IMG/VR virus record: IMGVR_UViG_3300011334_000440
Source: an uncultured virus (IMG/VR IMGVR_UViG_3300011334_000440)
Taxonomy: Duplodnaviria; Heunggongvirae; Uroviricota; Caudoviricetes
Strand: one strand, 5' to 3'
Length of the DNA stretch: 20,000 nucleotides
Under the pieces are notes generated by a model. The model had not been told where the DNA came from. It made no database searches and saw nothing but the letters and a program-made list of their open reading frames with translations. A program made the translations under genes and the position numbers. Of the stretch, positions 6,001 to 13,268 are shown in pieces. Within the stretch, counting starts at the first letter, position 1, and each line of letters begins with the position of its first letter.

Positions 6001-8961
6001 TAGAGCTTCGTTGATAGCCCCGGCTACAGCGGGATTGATTCCCTGCTCTTCGGCCAGAGTCTCGGAGTCGACGGCGTTTACCCGAAGTCCTGGAGTCTCA
6101 AGGCTGACAGCCGCGCCAATGCCCACACCAGCCCGCATCCGGGGAACTGCCCTGCGGATAAAATCGCGGAGTCGGCTATTAAAGATCGTGCTTAAGGATA
6201 GATTGTTCTTGCCCTGTCTAAGTTCGTATAAGAAGCTGTTGATCGTCGCGGCGGATACTTCATCTGCAATATTGTATTTTTGATATCCGGCGAGAGACTT
6301 ACTTTGCAAATAAGATTTCTTGCGATTTACGTAAGCCAGAAGAGTTTCGGCTGGGGTCATTATGTTGCGACCATTCTCATCAATCGCGCCAAGACTTTGG
6401 AGTAGCTCGATTGTCGCGGGATTCTTTAAGTTAAATACGACGCCAAGGGCTTGGCTCGAATTCTCTCGATCGTCCGGCTCAAGCTTTTGGTATTTCTGGA
6501 AAGCCTCGCTTTCGGGATTATTGATTGGCAGGACGATATCCGGTCTAGCCTCCAATTCGGGGGCAAGCTCACCGGTTCTAGCTTCTTTTGTGGCTTCACT
6601 CTCGAATTGCTGAACTAATTTAGATACCGACTCTTCTCCACGGACTAGACGGGCGGCCTGTCCCTCAACCTGCATGGCCTGAAGTCTTGCAAGTTGTTCC
6701 CGCATGGCGACGGCTTCATCCGCTGGAGCTTCTTTTATTTTGGTCTCAAGAACATTGATTTGATCTTGAAGTTTTTTAGCGTTGATCTCTGCTGGTTTCT
6801 CCTGCTCAATCAGCTCTTGGCCTTTAGCTAGCTGGCTTTCTAGAGCAACTTCATAATCGGTTGGCCCGAGATATTTTCGGGCAACTTCCTCGATGGCATC
6901 ATCCGTTCCAGCTTTCTCAAGCTCAGAATTCATCTGATCAATCTCGTCAGTCTCAAGCCCGATCTCTTCCGCTCGCATGACAAACTGATCCTTCAACTCT
7001 TGCTTAAATTCAATTGCTGGAGTTCCCTGTAACCAATTACCGGCGTCCGTTTTTACATTGGTTACTGAATAGGTCTTTCCATCCTCAGACAGTTCACCAA
7101 TGACACGACCCTGACTCTCGAGCCACTGAATCTTCGAAGCATTGGCCGGAGAATTATCCAGCTCGATGGTCGTGGCGCCTTTCTCAAATACACCAATCAA
7201 CTCATTAAGTGCAGAAAGTTTTTCTTCTTCGGTTTCAGGAACTCTGGTTTCAATAGTTGGCGGTACACCAATCTGTCCCTCCGCTTTTGTAATCTCTTGC
7301 GAAAGCATGGATTCAACCGATCCTTGTTTAGCAGATTCTACTGCTTCATCTGCTACCTTTGTTGTCTCGGGAGTGGTTACCGTATCAAGAGAAGAACGAA
7401 CATTGACGGCGTCAAAGAGGGCTTGGGCTTTCGGGGAAGTTAAAGACTGACGAAGCTGGGTCATTTGCTCCATCTTTTGTTGGTCATTAAGATTTGGATC
7501 AACCTTAATGTTTGATACTGTTTGCTCTAAAGATTTTGCAAATCGATCGTCTGCTAGTTTATATATCTTGGCTCGACGAACTGCGATAGAGGCGGCTCCG
7601 GCAACTCCTGGGATCGCCATGCCGAGTCCAATACCTCCCGATACAGCCAAGTTCTGGAGCAGGGGCTCAACGGGATCTTGCCCACGTAGGATGGCTTCAA
7701 TTTCTTCTGATGCGGTTTCTCCGAGAGTAGTTCCCACCACTCTGCCCGTGCTCCCAACTAGGGGGGCTAACGCAGGAATTTTCGTGGCCAAGGCTTTTGC
7801 GGCTACGTGGTTGGCCAGAGCGTTATCGATCGAGTTTTCTAATTTGTTTCCAGCTCCTTCAGCTAAACCCAGAACAGCACTCTCGCTGAATATGGAGGAC
7901 AAGCGTTGGGGGACGGTTAGATTCCGTGGGTCGCCCTCGAAAGATTGCGATGCTCCGATGGTTGCATACGTTGCTCCCTTGGATAGAACAGTCGGAACTT
8001 TAATAGCTTGATCCGCAATCTGGCCAGCTTTACCCAATAACTTTGTGGCGCCAGCACCAACTCCAATAAACGAACCCACAGATCCGAGGGCTGCCCCGGC
8101 AAGAGTCCCAGTCATGTAATCTTTTTGAATTGTATTGTTGATCGAGTTTGATAGGGCGGCCCGGCGAGCAACCTGATCGGGATTGTTCTCGTCAACTATG
8201 ATGTCACCGAGAGAAACAAAAGGTAGGAAGGCGTCGCCGGATTGAATCGCAAAGTTTCGCAGGCTGGCTGATCCCAATTTTTTAGAACGATCGCTTTCGA
8301 GATCCCGAAGATAGTTTTCGGCCATTGCCAAATTCATTCCAAGCTTGGCTGTTAGAGGTCCTGTGCCGAAAGCCATCCCCGGTTTTTCGTCCTTAGGGGC
8401 AATTGATTTTCCGCTAGTTAGTTCGTCTTCGTAAAAATTTCCAAGCTCCAAAGCTTTGGCTGCCTGTGCTGGATCGGTGATTGTTCCTACATAGTTACGG
8501 GCAGCAAAACTTTTTTGCGTTGCTTCAGCCTCCTCATTTGTAATCCCAAGGCCACCTTGCAAGTAAGCTCCAATAGTTTTACCAACACCAAGAAGGGCAA
8601 GTTTGGTTAGTTCACCCCAGTCACCTTTTTTCTCTGCATCTAAAATCTTTTGGTTGGACTCAATCGAATAGTTACGGACATTGTTTTGAACGTCTTCCCA
8701 AGCCTGAGTGTTAAACGGAAGTTTCTTTTCCTTAAATCGCGTAGCCAGTCCACCTATGAGATCGGTCGACTGCGGGTCATCCCTAAGGGCAATTAGATTT
8801 TGAGCTTGAGCCAAGTTAGTGGGCGGGGCTGAAAACAGAGAGTTAATCTCTTGCTCGGGGGTAACTCCGGAAGGAGCAAACAAGGCGTCAATAGCTTGTT
8901 GCTCACCCTGGGGGAGACTAGCTATATCAAGCTCTGTCTCGGGGTTAAATGGATCCGCCAT
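1..8961 (-). CDS. Giant polyvalent virion/ejection protein (>2,987 aa, 3' end beyond the window) containing an SF2 Strawberry-notch-like helicase and a zincin-like domain
   Basis: Manual translation from ATG 8961 (MADPFNPETELDIASLPQGEQQAIDALF...) stays open to base 1 (...MYQYVKLVSPQVWGE) with no stop seen. It is missing from the ORF track, presumably because it has no stop in the window. It follows two ejection-type genes, the position held by T7 gp16 and P22 gp16. Helicase motifs: GPGTGKT (4768-4788), DEQH (4465-4476), SGT (4354-4362), QLVYRVWR (3580-3603). Confidence 0.92.
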   Translation of the reverse strand, partial: MADPFNPETELDIASLPQGEQQAIDALFAPSGVTPEQEINSLFSAPPTNLAQAQNLIALRDDPQSTDLIGGLATRFKEKKLPFNTQAWEDVQNNVRNYSIESNQKILDAEKKGDWGELTKLALLGVGKTIGAYLQGGLGITNEEAEATQKSFAARNYVGTITDPAQAAKALELGNFYEDELTSGKSIAPKDEKPGMAFGTGPLTAKLGMNLAMAENYLRDLESDRSKKLGSASLRNFAIQSGDAFLPFVSLGDIIVDENNPDQVARRAALSNSINNTIQKDYMTGTLAGAALGSVGSFIGVGAGATKLLGKAGQIADQAIKVPTVLSKGATYATIGASQSFEGDPRNLTVPQRLSSIFSESAVLGLAEGAGNKLENSIDNALANHVAAKALATKIPALAPLVGSTGRVVGTTLGETASEEIEAILRGQDPVEPLLQNLAVSGGIGLGMAIPGVAGAASIAVRRAKIYKLADDRFAKSLEQTVSNIKVDPNLNDQQKMEQMTQLRQSLTSPKAQALFDAVNVRSSLDTVTTPETTKVADEAVESAKQGSVESMLSQEITKAEGQIGVPPTIETRVPETEEEKLSALNELIGVFEKGATTIELDNSPANASKIQWLESQGRVIGELSEDGKTYSVTNVKTDAGNWLQGTPAIEFKQELKDQFVMRAEEIGLETDEIDQMNSELEKAGTDDAIEEVARKYLGPTDYEVALESQLAKGQELIEQEKPAEINAKKLQDQINVLETKIKEAPADEAVAMREQLARLQAMQVEGQAARLVRGEESVSKLVQQFESEATKEARTGELAPELEARPDIVLPINNPESEAFQKYQKLEPDDRENSSQALGVVFNLKNPATIELLQSLGAIDENGRNIMTPAETLLAYVNRKKSYLQSKSLAGYQKYNIADEVSAATINSFLYELRQGKNNLSLSTIFNSRLRDFIRRAVPRMRAGVGIGAAVSLETPGLRVNAVDSETLAEEQGINPAVAGAINEALDQIGATEVDNQITSPSDVPSPAQRQEALSILAQNLQAPFRQSLGTEAERLAFDSVASGKGASAQDAAKIGTTIDNINALKPAVQQKFVSALQAEFRKNQQAGTLPVREVVEPEGIVREGNLTAKQIQPAIERFRKLQADDFFDDVELASAKALLEQTQTSRSVNMLRAFEGFLESTVDSKLSPESITELSEAVDSNLKTSLDDGNISKAQSDDYIDKLNKLAEPYLASQTMEEGQAKNNIAATFRSNLLKVNDQILADSGIKINEEGTYEEPTTKPTPKPQAKTADDRREEARQKLAEIQAERAAITKRVLKETVPPERKEVGPAVTGGATGVGRPGAERARGVPIPKSFVESRNQLGKPYSEKVLDPIGSDTVRLLSPEQKQDVAASITTMESSKHKAFYLANGPGTGKTRVLLATAKYYLNKGFNVFYLTAPDAVTPNWDLNTIGGSIEKDAGLMGVPIAARGGKGESGRGLPIENVPGKVVVSTYTSQYLENILPLVDAKTVVIFDEQHSGRNLHKAIQEGKSRAWSILMNDISQKAGRVLMASGTPFETPDQLLSLGRLGIFDTESPDALIKRLGFEKQYLRGGKKSYWTLSPGVTETEMQDRLEVYLDGLVKNGILRSRSLKLDGVNVEFQDVPLDSAITKQLEDIKNMYGGTQNTDIASLRKLVSAQKRALEEYKVDSAAKRAIKSIRQGRKPVIYVGFVSETNARGETVDPTSAAVEAAILRLAPDLRIAKMYTGSGQTKEQALAAFNENAADVLIATKEMGGTGIELDDKFGDKPRDMIIMSPPVSAIQAVQLVYRVWRTDSASRPNLIFLESKAEVDQQNIDRMRAKLRLLDATTGAGFEGLKAEEIKPTETVAPVKSTVEATPEQITTTDDILKSVLGKDYNNNVITFRDAKGQAHNYNVRIDPNFTHSMAVVVGSDNDSDTIVMNPTLLEKGKNRLSPEAYKSYLTQALIEETIHMETLRYYRELGLDPIEELTAIGDSLSQASKLAIGRLYHSSLGSDITNPSVQAQIKALSNNSYLVAMEGIRQLSQLKLTGGITEQVSSINANDIARATQRLKDILKSENKSVLARLGVWFDSMATVVKRGLGLAPNAKDRLVMRQSIEEAISSLRKTSSEFIQAGETLAIPAPAPGTSPTAPRPSTVFDSYDLRIYRMIENHLEGRTEGVLGVTVADDLFKTVGVEEWLDALDISRRRGIITADERDLFRSATQAVMDGGRASLPAIANKALELAENMEEAGRSLPVAAFVATSAPAEVTSNEQSFETEPTYQQYRVKIPGNIAVPTTASSEAKATANAVIRLFERQEVVNYNGQRYTSPGPLIAALRDAGYGKFAKVISPAPAPEIRESRAIKNIITKFVDVLPEGEKKDKLLDAWYYQSIPRDQQFVDARSYIATNGVQNSLSAFLSGNIKSSLPLQGAIGFELAKALGEKAKTDLYAKEQLAEVMLLLSKKYGTEPGRTIDLWNALGELSNNPEAMKMFVGRQIDSAIRGRLAGFANEESDISSGLIDSSRRAVEKLITSKKTKSTIEKLMKIVELNKKEATVAELEVAVAEYISSEQAVADGSKFLGADLAAAPEVEGSDADGIRLNPEQTTALSRMILEIIKRSENPSVTAASEDQIKSLLMLTPALRDAKNQENVRRKLDLYFDAALTNALEIFSAQALGEARAREGIQPPATRGEAIRRVIDAKAKAKDQAPVAIPTEASSRLEALAEASAEALQKQATRLQQEPKKKDQLEEFAARIRRLIAQRTKEQGGLQPTYTPEPKPTEAEVLRDRIEKYPDVMEFIDNVRDSLKEVYSEEELSGLEPFIDEAFGRPFTVSSLKQAVRSLESIGGPQTNVRGLIRSSKGDIMDFENKMGALLTQNTTLNEAQKKEVTDFLREGLTELIASERKKELERIKKGFEAKKEKKTRKMRSALDRLIEATNLGVLTDSEVFAQMHSQLGLPELREEERKKLNKLIEDLPLYPVGMIRNKKISDMYQYVKLVSPQVWGE
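2720..3300 (-). other. Domain of the giant ORF: zincin-like metallopeptidase (MPTase-like) with a variant EExxH motif
   Basis: Beta strands (SMAVVVG..DTIVMNP) precede the helix ALIEETIHMETL (EETIH at 3103-3117). A downstream Glu lies in VAMEGIRQ (2902-2904), followed by a trailing amphipathic helix LARLGVWFDSMATVVKRGLG. Confidence 0.6.
3450..4880 (-). other. Domain of the giant ORF: SF2 helicase of Strawberry-notch (SBNO)-like type
   Basis: LSPEQKQDV...AFYLANGPGTGKTR; VVIFDEQHSGRN; RVLMASGTP; GILRSRSLKLDGV; GRKPVIYV; AFNENAADVLIATKEMGGTGIELDD..KPRDMIIMSPPVSAIQAVQLVYRVWRTDSASRP. This is collinear with SBNO consensus blocks as I recall them (GDGxGxGKGR, VFDECHxAKN, YxSAT, GISL, ELPWSAxxAIQQFGRTHR). 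Confidence 0.85.
4929..5195 (-). CDS. Candidate overprinted small protein (88 aa) in an alternative frame inside the giant ORF
   Basis: AGGAGG (5207-5202) lies 6 nt upstream of ATG 5195. The 88-codon ORF coincides with a low-complexity linker of the giant protein and ends just before the helicase domain. Confidence 0.35.
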   Translation of the reverse strand: MKNQQLNQPQNPKPKQPMIDVRKLARNSLKSKPNVLPSQSEFLKKPFPLSGKKWDQLLQVGQPESGDLELNALVASPSQSPSSNPATS

Positions 8962-8996
8962 GGCTGGTATAATTCAAGGGATTATTCAGCCGTTCG

Positions 8997-10559
8997 TCAA
9001 CGATTTTGTCCTGATTCGTCATATTGTTTTCCCGGTGAAACCACGCTAGAGGGAAGATCGACTCCGGGAATGGTGTATCCCCGGGCTTTTAGGGTTGCCA
9101 AAATCTCTCGGGCCGGTCTGCCGTAGATAACGGCATTCGGGTCTCGGCGATACGCTTCGGCAATGGTGGCTATAGTGGAATCCAAAATTTGGGTTGGTTG
9201 ATTTCTTGGGGTTATTGGAATGGAAGCGGTTCCCGATGTTCTGGGGGCTGTCCCTCCGGGAGCAGTTGCTACATTCGAAGAATCGTTGGGGATGAACTCG
9301 AGTTTCTTTATGTTCGGATTGGCCGGGGCTTCGGAGAGTGCTTTCCCGAGCATAGCTTGCATTGCGTTATAATCTCCACTCATTGCCCTAGTTAACATCT
9401 GATCGTAGTCAACAATTTCTTTTTGTTTGACTTTTGTTAACATCCCGGTTCTTCGGTCGATATCTCTATCGGTAAGGTTCATGTTGGGCATGGATCTCAC
9501 AAAAGTTGCCCTCTTCTCTCCGGTGATCGGATCGGTCGTCTCTACTCCTAAACTTGCGTTCTTCTGCACCAAGTTTTTTTGATCGACAGTAAATTTTGTT
9601 TTCATCTCGTCGAGATATGCTTGCTGACTGTCCTTAGTGATATCTTTTGCGAGACCACTAAGCTGATAGAAAGCGTCAGGATTCTCAATTCTGTCTTTCC
9701 AATTCGGAAACTGTTTCTTAATAACATCGTATCTGGCTTGGTATTTTGGGTCGAGAATATTTCCAGCTGCTCCGTCAGAATTTAACTGTGTGATACCATT
9801 AAGTACTGCATCATCGCGTAGCTTTGCTAAGGCAGCATTTGTTTTAGCCACAGCCTCAGAAAATTTATTAACTGTAGTATCTGTCATACCAAGACTGGCA
9901 AACTGTGCCTCAATGTCATTTAGTGCCGCACTTACATCGTCAGGAGCCATACGATCAACGGGAAGATTTGATACCCTTACTAGAAGTGCGTCGGCTTGCG
10001 GTTTTTTTTGTCTATTAGCTACTAGGTCATCGACCTTTCGTTTTCTTTCCTCGGCGATATCAAGCCTGTCGAGCATTGTCATTTTTGTTAGACTTGACAG
10101 AGCTGTATTGTCGAGTGCCGCTTCAGCCATGGCGATCTGGTCCGGATCCCCGGAATTCCTCGCATCTCGAATATAAGAATAGATTCTCCCCGACTCAGCA
10201 TCTTCTTTATTCTTTCTGTCAATCTCGTCTATCTTTTGTCGTTTTTCTTCTTGCGCGAGCTCAAATTGATCCGACGCTAAGCGATCGGCTGCGGCTTGAC
10301 GCTGTCGATTGTAAGCAAGACTTTCCAATTCGCGTTGATTTTTTATACCCTCAAGTTCAATTCTTTGGCTATCGAGATCGGCTTGCCTGGCTTGATTATC
10401 TCTTTGAGCCGCAAGTTGAGCATACCCTAAGCTTACTTGAGCTGTCGCCTGTTGTTCTTGTTGAAACAACTGCTGCTTTTTTAAATAGTCCTCGCGAAGA
10501 TCTCCAATGATTCCGCGGACCTGACTTACATAATCCGGAGCGTTAGGTGAGAGAGCCAT
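8997..10559 (-). CDS. Putative internal virion (ejection) protein, helical/coiled-coil, 520 aa
   Basis: Long ORF with a Q/E/A/R-rich coiled-coil N-terminus and no Cys. It sits between a Gly-rich pilot-like gene and the giant gene, the position of T7 gp15 and P22 gp20. Function is inferred from synteny. Confidence 0.7.
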   Translation of the reverse strand: MALSPNAPDYVSQVRGIIGDLREDYLKKQQLFQQEQQATAQVSLGYAQLAAQRDNQARQADLDSQRIELEGIKNQRELESLAYNRQRQAAADRLASDQFELAQEEKRQKIDEIDRKNKEDAESGRIYSYIRDARNSGDPDQIAMAEAALDNTALSSLTKMTMLDRLDIAEERKRKVDDLVANRQKKPQADALLVRVSNLPVDRMAPDDVSAALNDIEAQFASLGMTDTTVNKFSEAVAKTNAALAKLRDDAVLNGITQLNSDGAAGNILDPKYQARYDVIKKQFPNWKDRIENPDAFYQLSGLAKDITKDSQQAYLDEMKTKFTVDQKNLVQKNASLGVETTDPITGEKRATFVRSMPNMNLTDRDIDRRTGMLTKVKQKEIVDYDQMLTRAMSGDYNAMQAMLGKALSEAPANPNIKKLEFIPNDSSNVATAPGGTAPRTSGTASIPITPRNQPTQILDSTIATIAEAYRRDPNAVIYGRPAREILATLKARGYTIPGVDLPSSVVSPGKQYDESGQNR

Positions 10560-10562
10560 TGC

Positions 10563-11564
10563 TTATCCCATTATTCCGAAAGGTGTTTGTCTTTGACCGG
10601 GGGCAAGAGGTCTAGTTGTGACTCTTGATCCCGGTTGATAACCAACGAAAGAACCAGTCTTAATATCGAACTGACCGGGCAGAGCTTGAGTCTGATAAGC
10701 ATTAAGCAAGTTCTGGTTGGCAATCTGTTGATTGACGGAGGCTTGGTTGGCCGCCGTATCAAATACACTGCCAACAGCAATCGGAGTCATAGCCTGCATC
10801 GCTTGTTGCGCCAACATGGAAGACTTACTCAACAGATCCGCTCCTTGCTGCTGAACTTGCAATGAGCCCAATCCTAAATCACGGGCCAATAGATTGCGCC
10901 CAATTCCGGACCTACCACCAAGACCAGAGCTGAATCCAAGGGCCGCGGCTCCACGTCCAATCTGCCCAACCATATCACGAGAAAGTTGGCCAGTGGCCAT
11001 CGTGGCTCCGGCTTGCGATAGTGCTCGTGTTCCGGCTTCAGTCTGCGGGGCGAACTGTCTATACTGTTCCGCAAAAGGTTTGTTAGCTTCCATGGCTCTC
11101 TTGCCCATCTCTTCATAGTTAAGATTCAAGTCCGTTAAGGTTGGGGCTGGTCCCAAATAAAACTCTAAAGGTGCGGGTTGTCCCATAGAAATTGCTCCAC
11201 CACCTCCTCCTCCGCCACCGCCCCCTCCGCTCCTCGGTCTGCTCCCTCCGCTAATCCCGCTTGGATTATCTCGTTGAGAGGCCGCCGCTCGTGCAGTAGC
11301 AATTCCGGGTCCAGTATATGTTTTATTGAAAGCGTCTTGTTGCGCCCTCCATTCGTTCCAATTTTGGCCTGGAGCGCGGGGAATTTCTCCGTAGGACATA
11401 CTTGCTGGATTCCTAGATTCTTGTAACGAACGGTCATATGAGTATTGTTCATAGGATTTACCTGAACCCATGAAATTGCCGCTAGGACGATTGGTTGCCC
11501 CGGAAGATCCCCCGGAATAACCTTTCGCAGCATTCGCAAAAATTGAACTATAATCAGTCGCCAT
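10563..11564 (-). CDS. Putative Gly-rich DNA ejection/pilot protein, 333 aa
   Basis: Gly/Ser/Gln/Ala-rich with a poly-Gly tract and the segment GRGAAALGFSSGLGGRSGIGRNLLARDLGLGSLQVQQQG. Gaps to both neighbours are 3 nt. Position corresponds to T7 gp14 and P22 gp7. Confidence 0.7.
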   Translation of the reverse strand: MATDYSSIFANAAKGYSGGSSGATNRPSGNFMGSGKSYEQYSYDRSLQESRNPASMSYGEIPRAPGQNWNEWRAQQDAFNKTYTGPGIATARAAASQRDNPSGISGGSRPRSGGGGGGGGGGGAISMGQPAPLEFYLGPAPTLTDLNLNYEEMGKRAMEANKPFAEQYRQFAPQTEAGTRALSQAGATMATGQLSRDMVGQIGRGAAALGFSSGLGGRSGIGRNLLARDLGLGSLQVQQQGADLLSKSSMLAQQAMQAMTPIAVGSVFDTAANQASVNQQIANQNLLNAYQTQALPGQFDIKTGSFVGYQPGSRVTTRPLAPGQRQTPFGIMG

Positions 11565-11567
11565 AAA

Positions 11568-12809
11568 TTATGCCATCGCGGGGACTTCACCCATCGCGAA
11601 TGCCTCCATTTGAATCTGGGGTCTGCCAATGTTAGCTCCTTCGACCTCTTTGAGTTCTTCACGCAAGAGTTCGACAGCCTTCTCCTCGTACTTCATGGCT
11701 TCGTCCAGGTTATTGTTTTCTTCTTTTTCGATGGCTATCGCCATCATCTTTAAAGCTCCTAAATTGGTCACGATCAAATCGTCGTCATCGGTAATCACGG
11801 GGATAAACTTACGCTTCGCAAGCACGGTCACGGTAACACCTTCTTCTCTTTCATGACCAGGAATTGCATATCGTCGATACTGGGGCAACGTCTCGTCGGG
11901 CGCAAGTATGGCGATACAGTATTCAGCGCCCGTGGTCGGATCGACTGCATAGACGCGGACCCAACCTTTCGTTGCAGTTTTGTTTATTGCATCGATGGAT
12001 CGGAAAGCATTAACTGTGGTGCGGGGGAGTTCTGTGAAAGTTCCATAATCCCAAACAGATAACCATGGGTAAGCGGCAGTAGTGCCAAGACTTACATCTT
12101 CGCTATAAAGTCCCGTATAAACACTACTAGTAATATACCAAGTCAACCCAGGATCGACAGCCATCGTGACTTCATCGGTAGGATCTTGCTGGTTTATAAA
12201 TTTATATTTTGGATAACCATTTTGCGTGCCAATCCAAAAATAAACTCCATTGTAGGGAGCTCTTCCCCCAGTTAAACCAGAAACCAACACGCTGGAATTA
12301 CCAGACCCAGCACTCAAGTTCAAACGCTCACCATCAATGTAAGCTCCATTTTCCTGAGTCTGGACTCGGTTGTTGTAGGTATCCGATCCACGGAACAAAA
12401 TGGTTGAGGTAGCGTCTTCAATTAGGTCAGTATATACGCGGATATATTTTTGAGACTCAATCGAACGAAAGCATGGTACATAACCCCTGTCTTGCAATTG
12501 TCTCCACGCCCCGGCGGGGGACATTCCCGGACCATTAGCCATAAACTCATACCACTGGTTATAAACTTGGGCGGCCGCGCCGTCGTAGTTATATCCCAAA
12601 ATAGTTTCAAACTCGCGGGGCAACGTAATACATCCACCATAAACGCAAACGGAATAACGCCCATAAGTTCCGGCGTACAATCCCTTATTGAGTAAACGTT
12701 CTTGGGCTTCGTTGGTGCGTGCGAGCAACTGAGGATCAGTCGCGCACATCCCGTTCTGGGTAACGCGGGCCAGTTGTTCTTTAACCGATCCGTAAGTACG
12801 ACGGATCAT
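11568..12809 (-). CDS. Putative head-tail adaptor (tail tubular protein A / gp4-like), 413 aa, with an internal insertion
   Basis: The N-terminal helices (QLLARTNEAQERLL), the ITLPREF strand and the C-terminal helical pair (GALKMMAIAIEKEENNNLDEAMKYEEKAVELLREEL) are typical of podoviral adaptors. It has an ATGA-type overlap with the upstream gene. Confidence 0.65.
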   Translation of the reverse strand: MIRRTYGSVKEQLARVTQNGMCATDPQLLARTNEAQERLLNKGLYAGTYGRYSVCVYGGCITLPREFETILGYNYDGAAAQVYNQWYEFMANGPGMSPAGAWRQLQDRGYVPCFRSIESQKYIRVYTDLIEDATSTILFRGSDTYNNRVQTQENGAYIDGERLNLSAGSGNSSVLVSGLTGGRAPYNGVYFWIGTQNGYPKYKFINQQDPTDEVTMAVDPGLTWYITSSVYTGLYSEDVSLGTTAAYPWLSVWDYGTFTELPRTTVNAFRSIDAINKTATKGWVRVYAVDPTTGAEYCIAILAPDETLPQYRRYAIPGHEREEGVTVTVLAKRKFIPVITDDDDLIVTNLGALKMMAIAIEKEENNNLDEAMKYEEKAVELLREELKEVEGANIGRPQIQMEAFAMGEVPAMA

Positions 12810-13231
12810 TCGTAATACCCCACGTATACCTTATACTGCGCGTTTGTCGGAGCTACGGGAAGTGTCGGGGTCAATCTTGTAATCCCGTCCACAACATAAG
12901 TTGTATTTCCGATCCCCCAAGGTGACGAAACTGTGGCGTTGGCGTCAGTTAAAACGATATCACCAAAATTAAAAGGTGAGAATTCTTTCCACGAGCCCTC
13001 AGTATAAAGTCTTATTGCTTTTGGGAATCCCGCAACTCCGGCTTCTGTTTGAAACCAAACCTTATCATTGTCTTGCGAAGACGGGGTAGCACCAGAAACA
13101 ACAACTGAACTAAGATTTGAGCCTGCATTTACAGAGAGATATGACTGCAATAGTTGCAACAGACCCTGCATATTGGCGGGATATCCGGTGTTCTGGGGGA
13201 CGGTACCAGCGGATATTGTGTAAACGGCCAT
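12806..13231 (-). CDS. Small tail-associated protein, paralogue B (141 aa)
   Basis: Aligns by eye end-to-end with 13265..13717 (TVPxNTxYP, WFQT, PKxxRxY, GxWxEF, GD, PWG, TP, YKxYxGY). Confidence 0.75.
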   Translation of the reverse strand: MAVYTISAGTVPQNTGYPANMQGLLQLLQSYLSVNAGSNLSSVVVSGATPSSQDNDKVWFQTEAGVAGFPKAIRLYTEGSWKEFSPFNFGDIVLTDANATVSSPWGIGNTTYVVDGITRLTPTLPVAPTNAQYKVYVGYYE

Positions 13232-13240
13232 AGCTTAATT

Positions 13241-13268
13241 AGATTAACGTGTTGCTATTTTGTGTCAA
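13241..13268 (-). promoter_or_regulatory. Putative sigma70-type promoter, near-leaderless
   Basis: TTGACA (13268-13263), 16 nt, TAATCT (13246-13241), 9 nt, then ATG 13231. No Shine-Dalgarno site is present. Confidence 0.5.

Noticed and set aside
1..8961. Apparent 9-kb gene-poor region suggesting stop-codon recoding or non-coding DNA
   Set aside because: It is one open frame under the standard code. TAA, TGA and TAG all serve as stops for neighbouring genes.
1..8961. Virion RNA polymerase (N4/crAss-like) or DarB-type methyltransferase in the giant ORF
   Set aside because: I found no DxDxD polymerase context or NPPY/F-type methyltransferase motif in the part visible here. The missing C-terminus cannot be assessed.
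11165..11662. 165-aa minus-strand ORF overlapping two structural genes
   Set aside because: It overlaps two better-supported genes out of frame and has no motifs.
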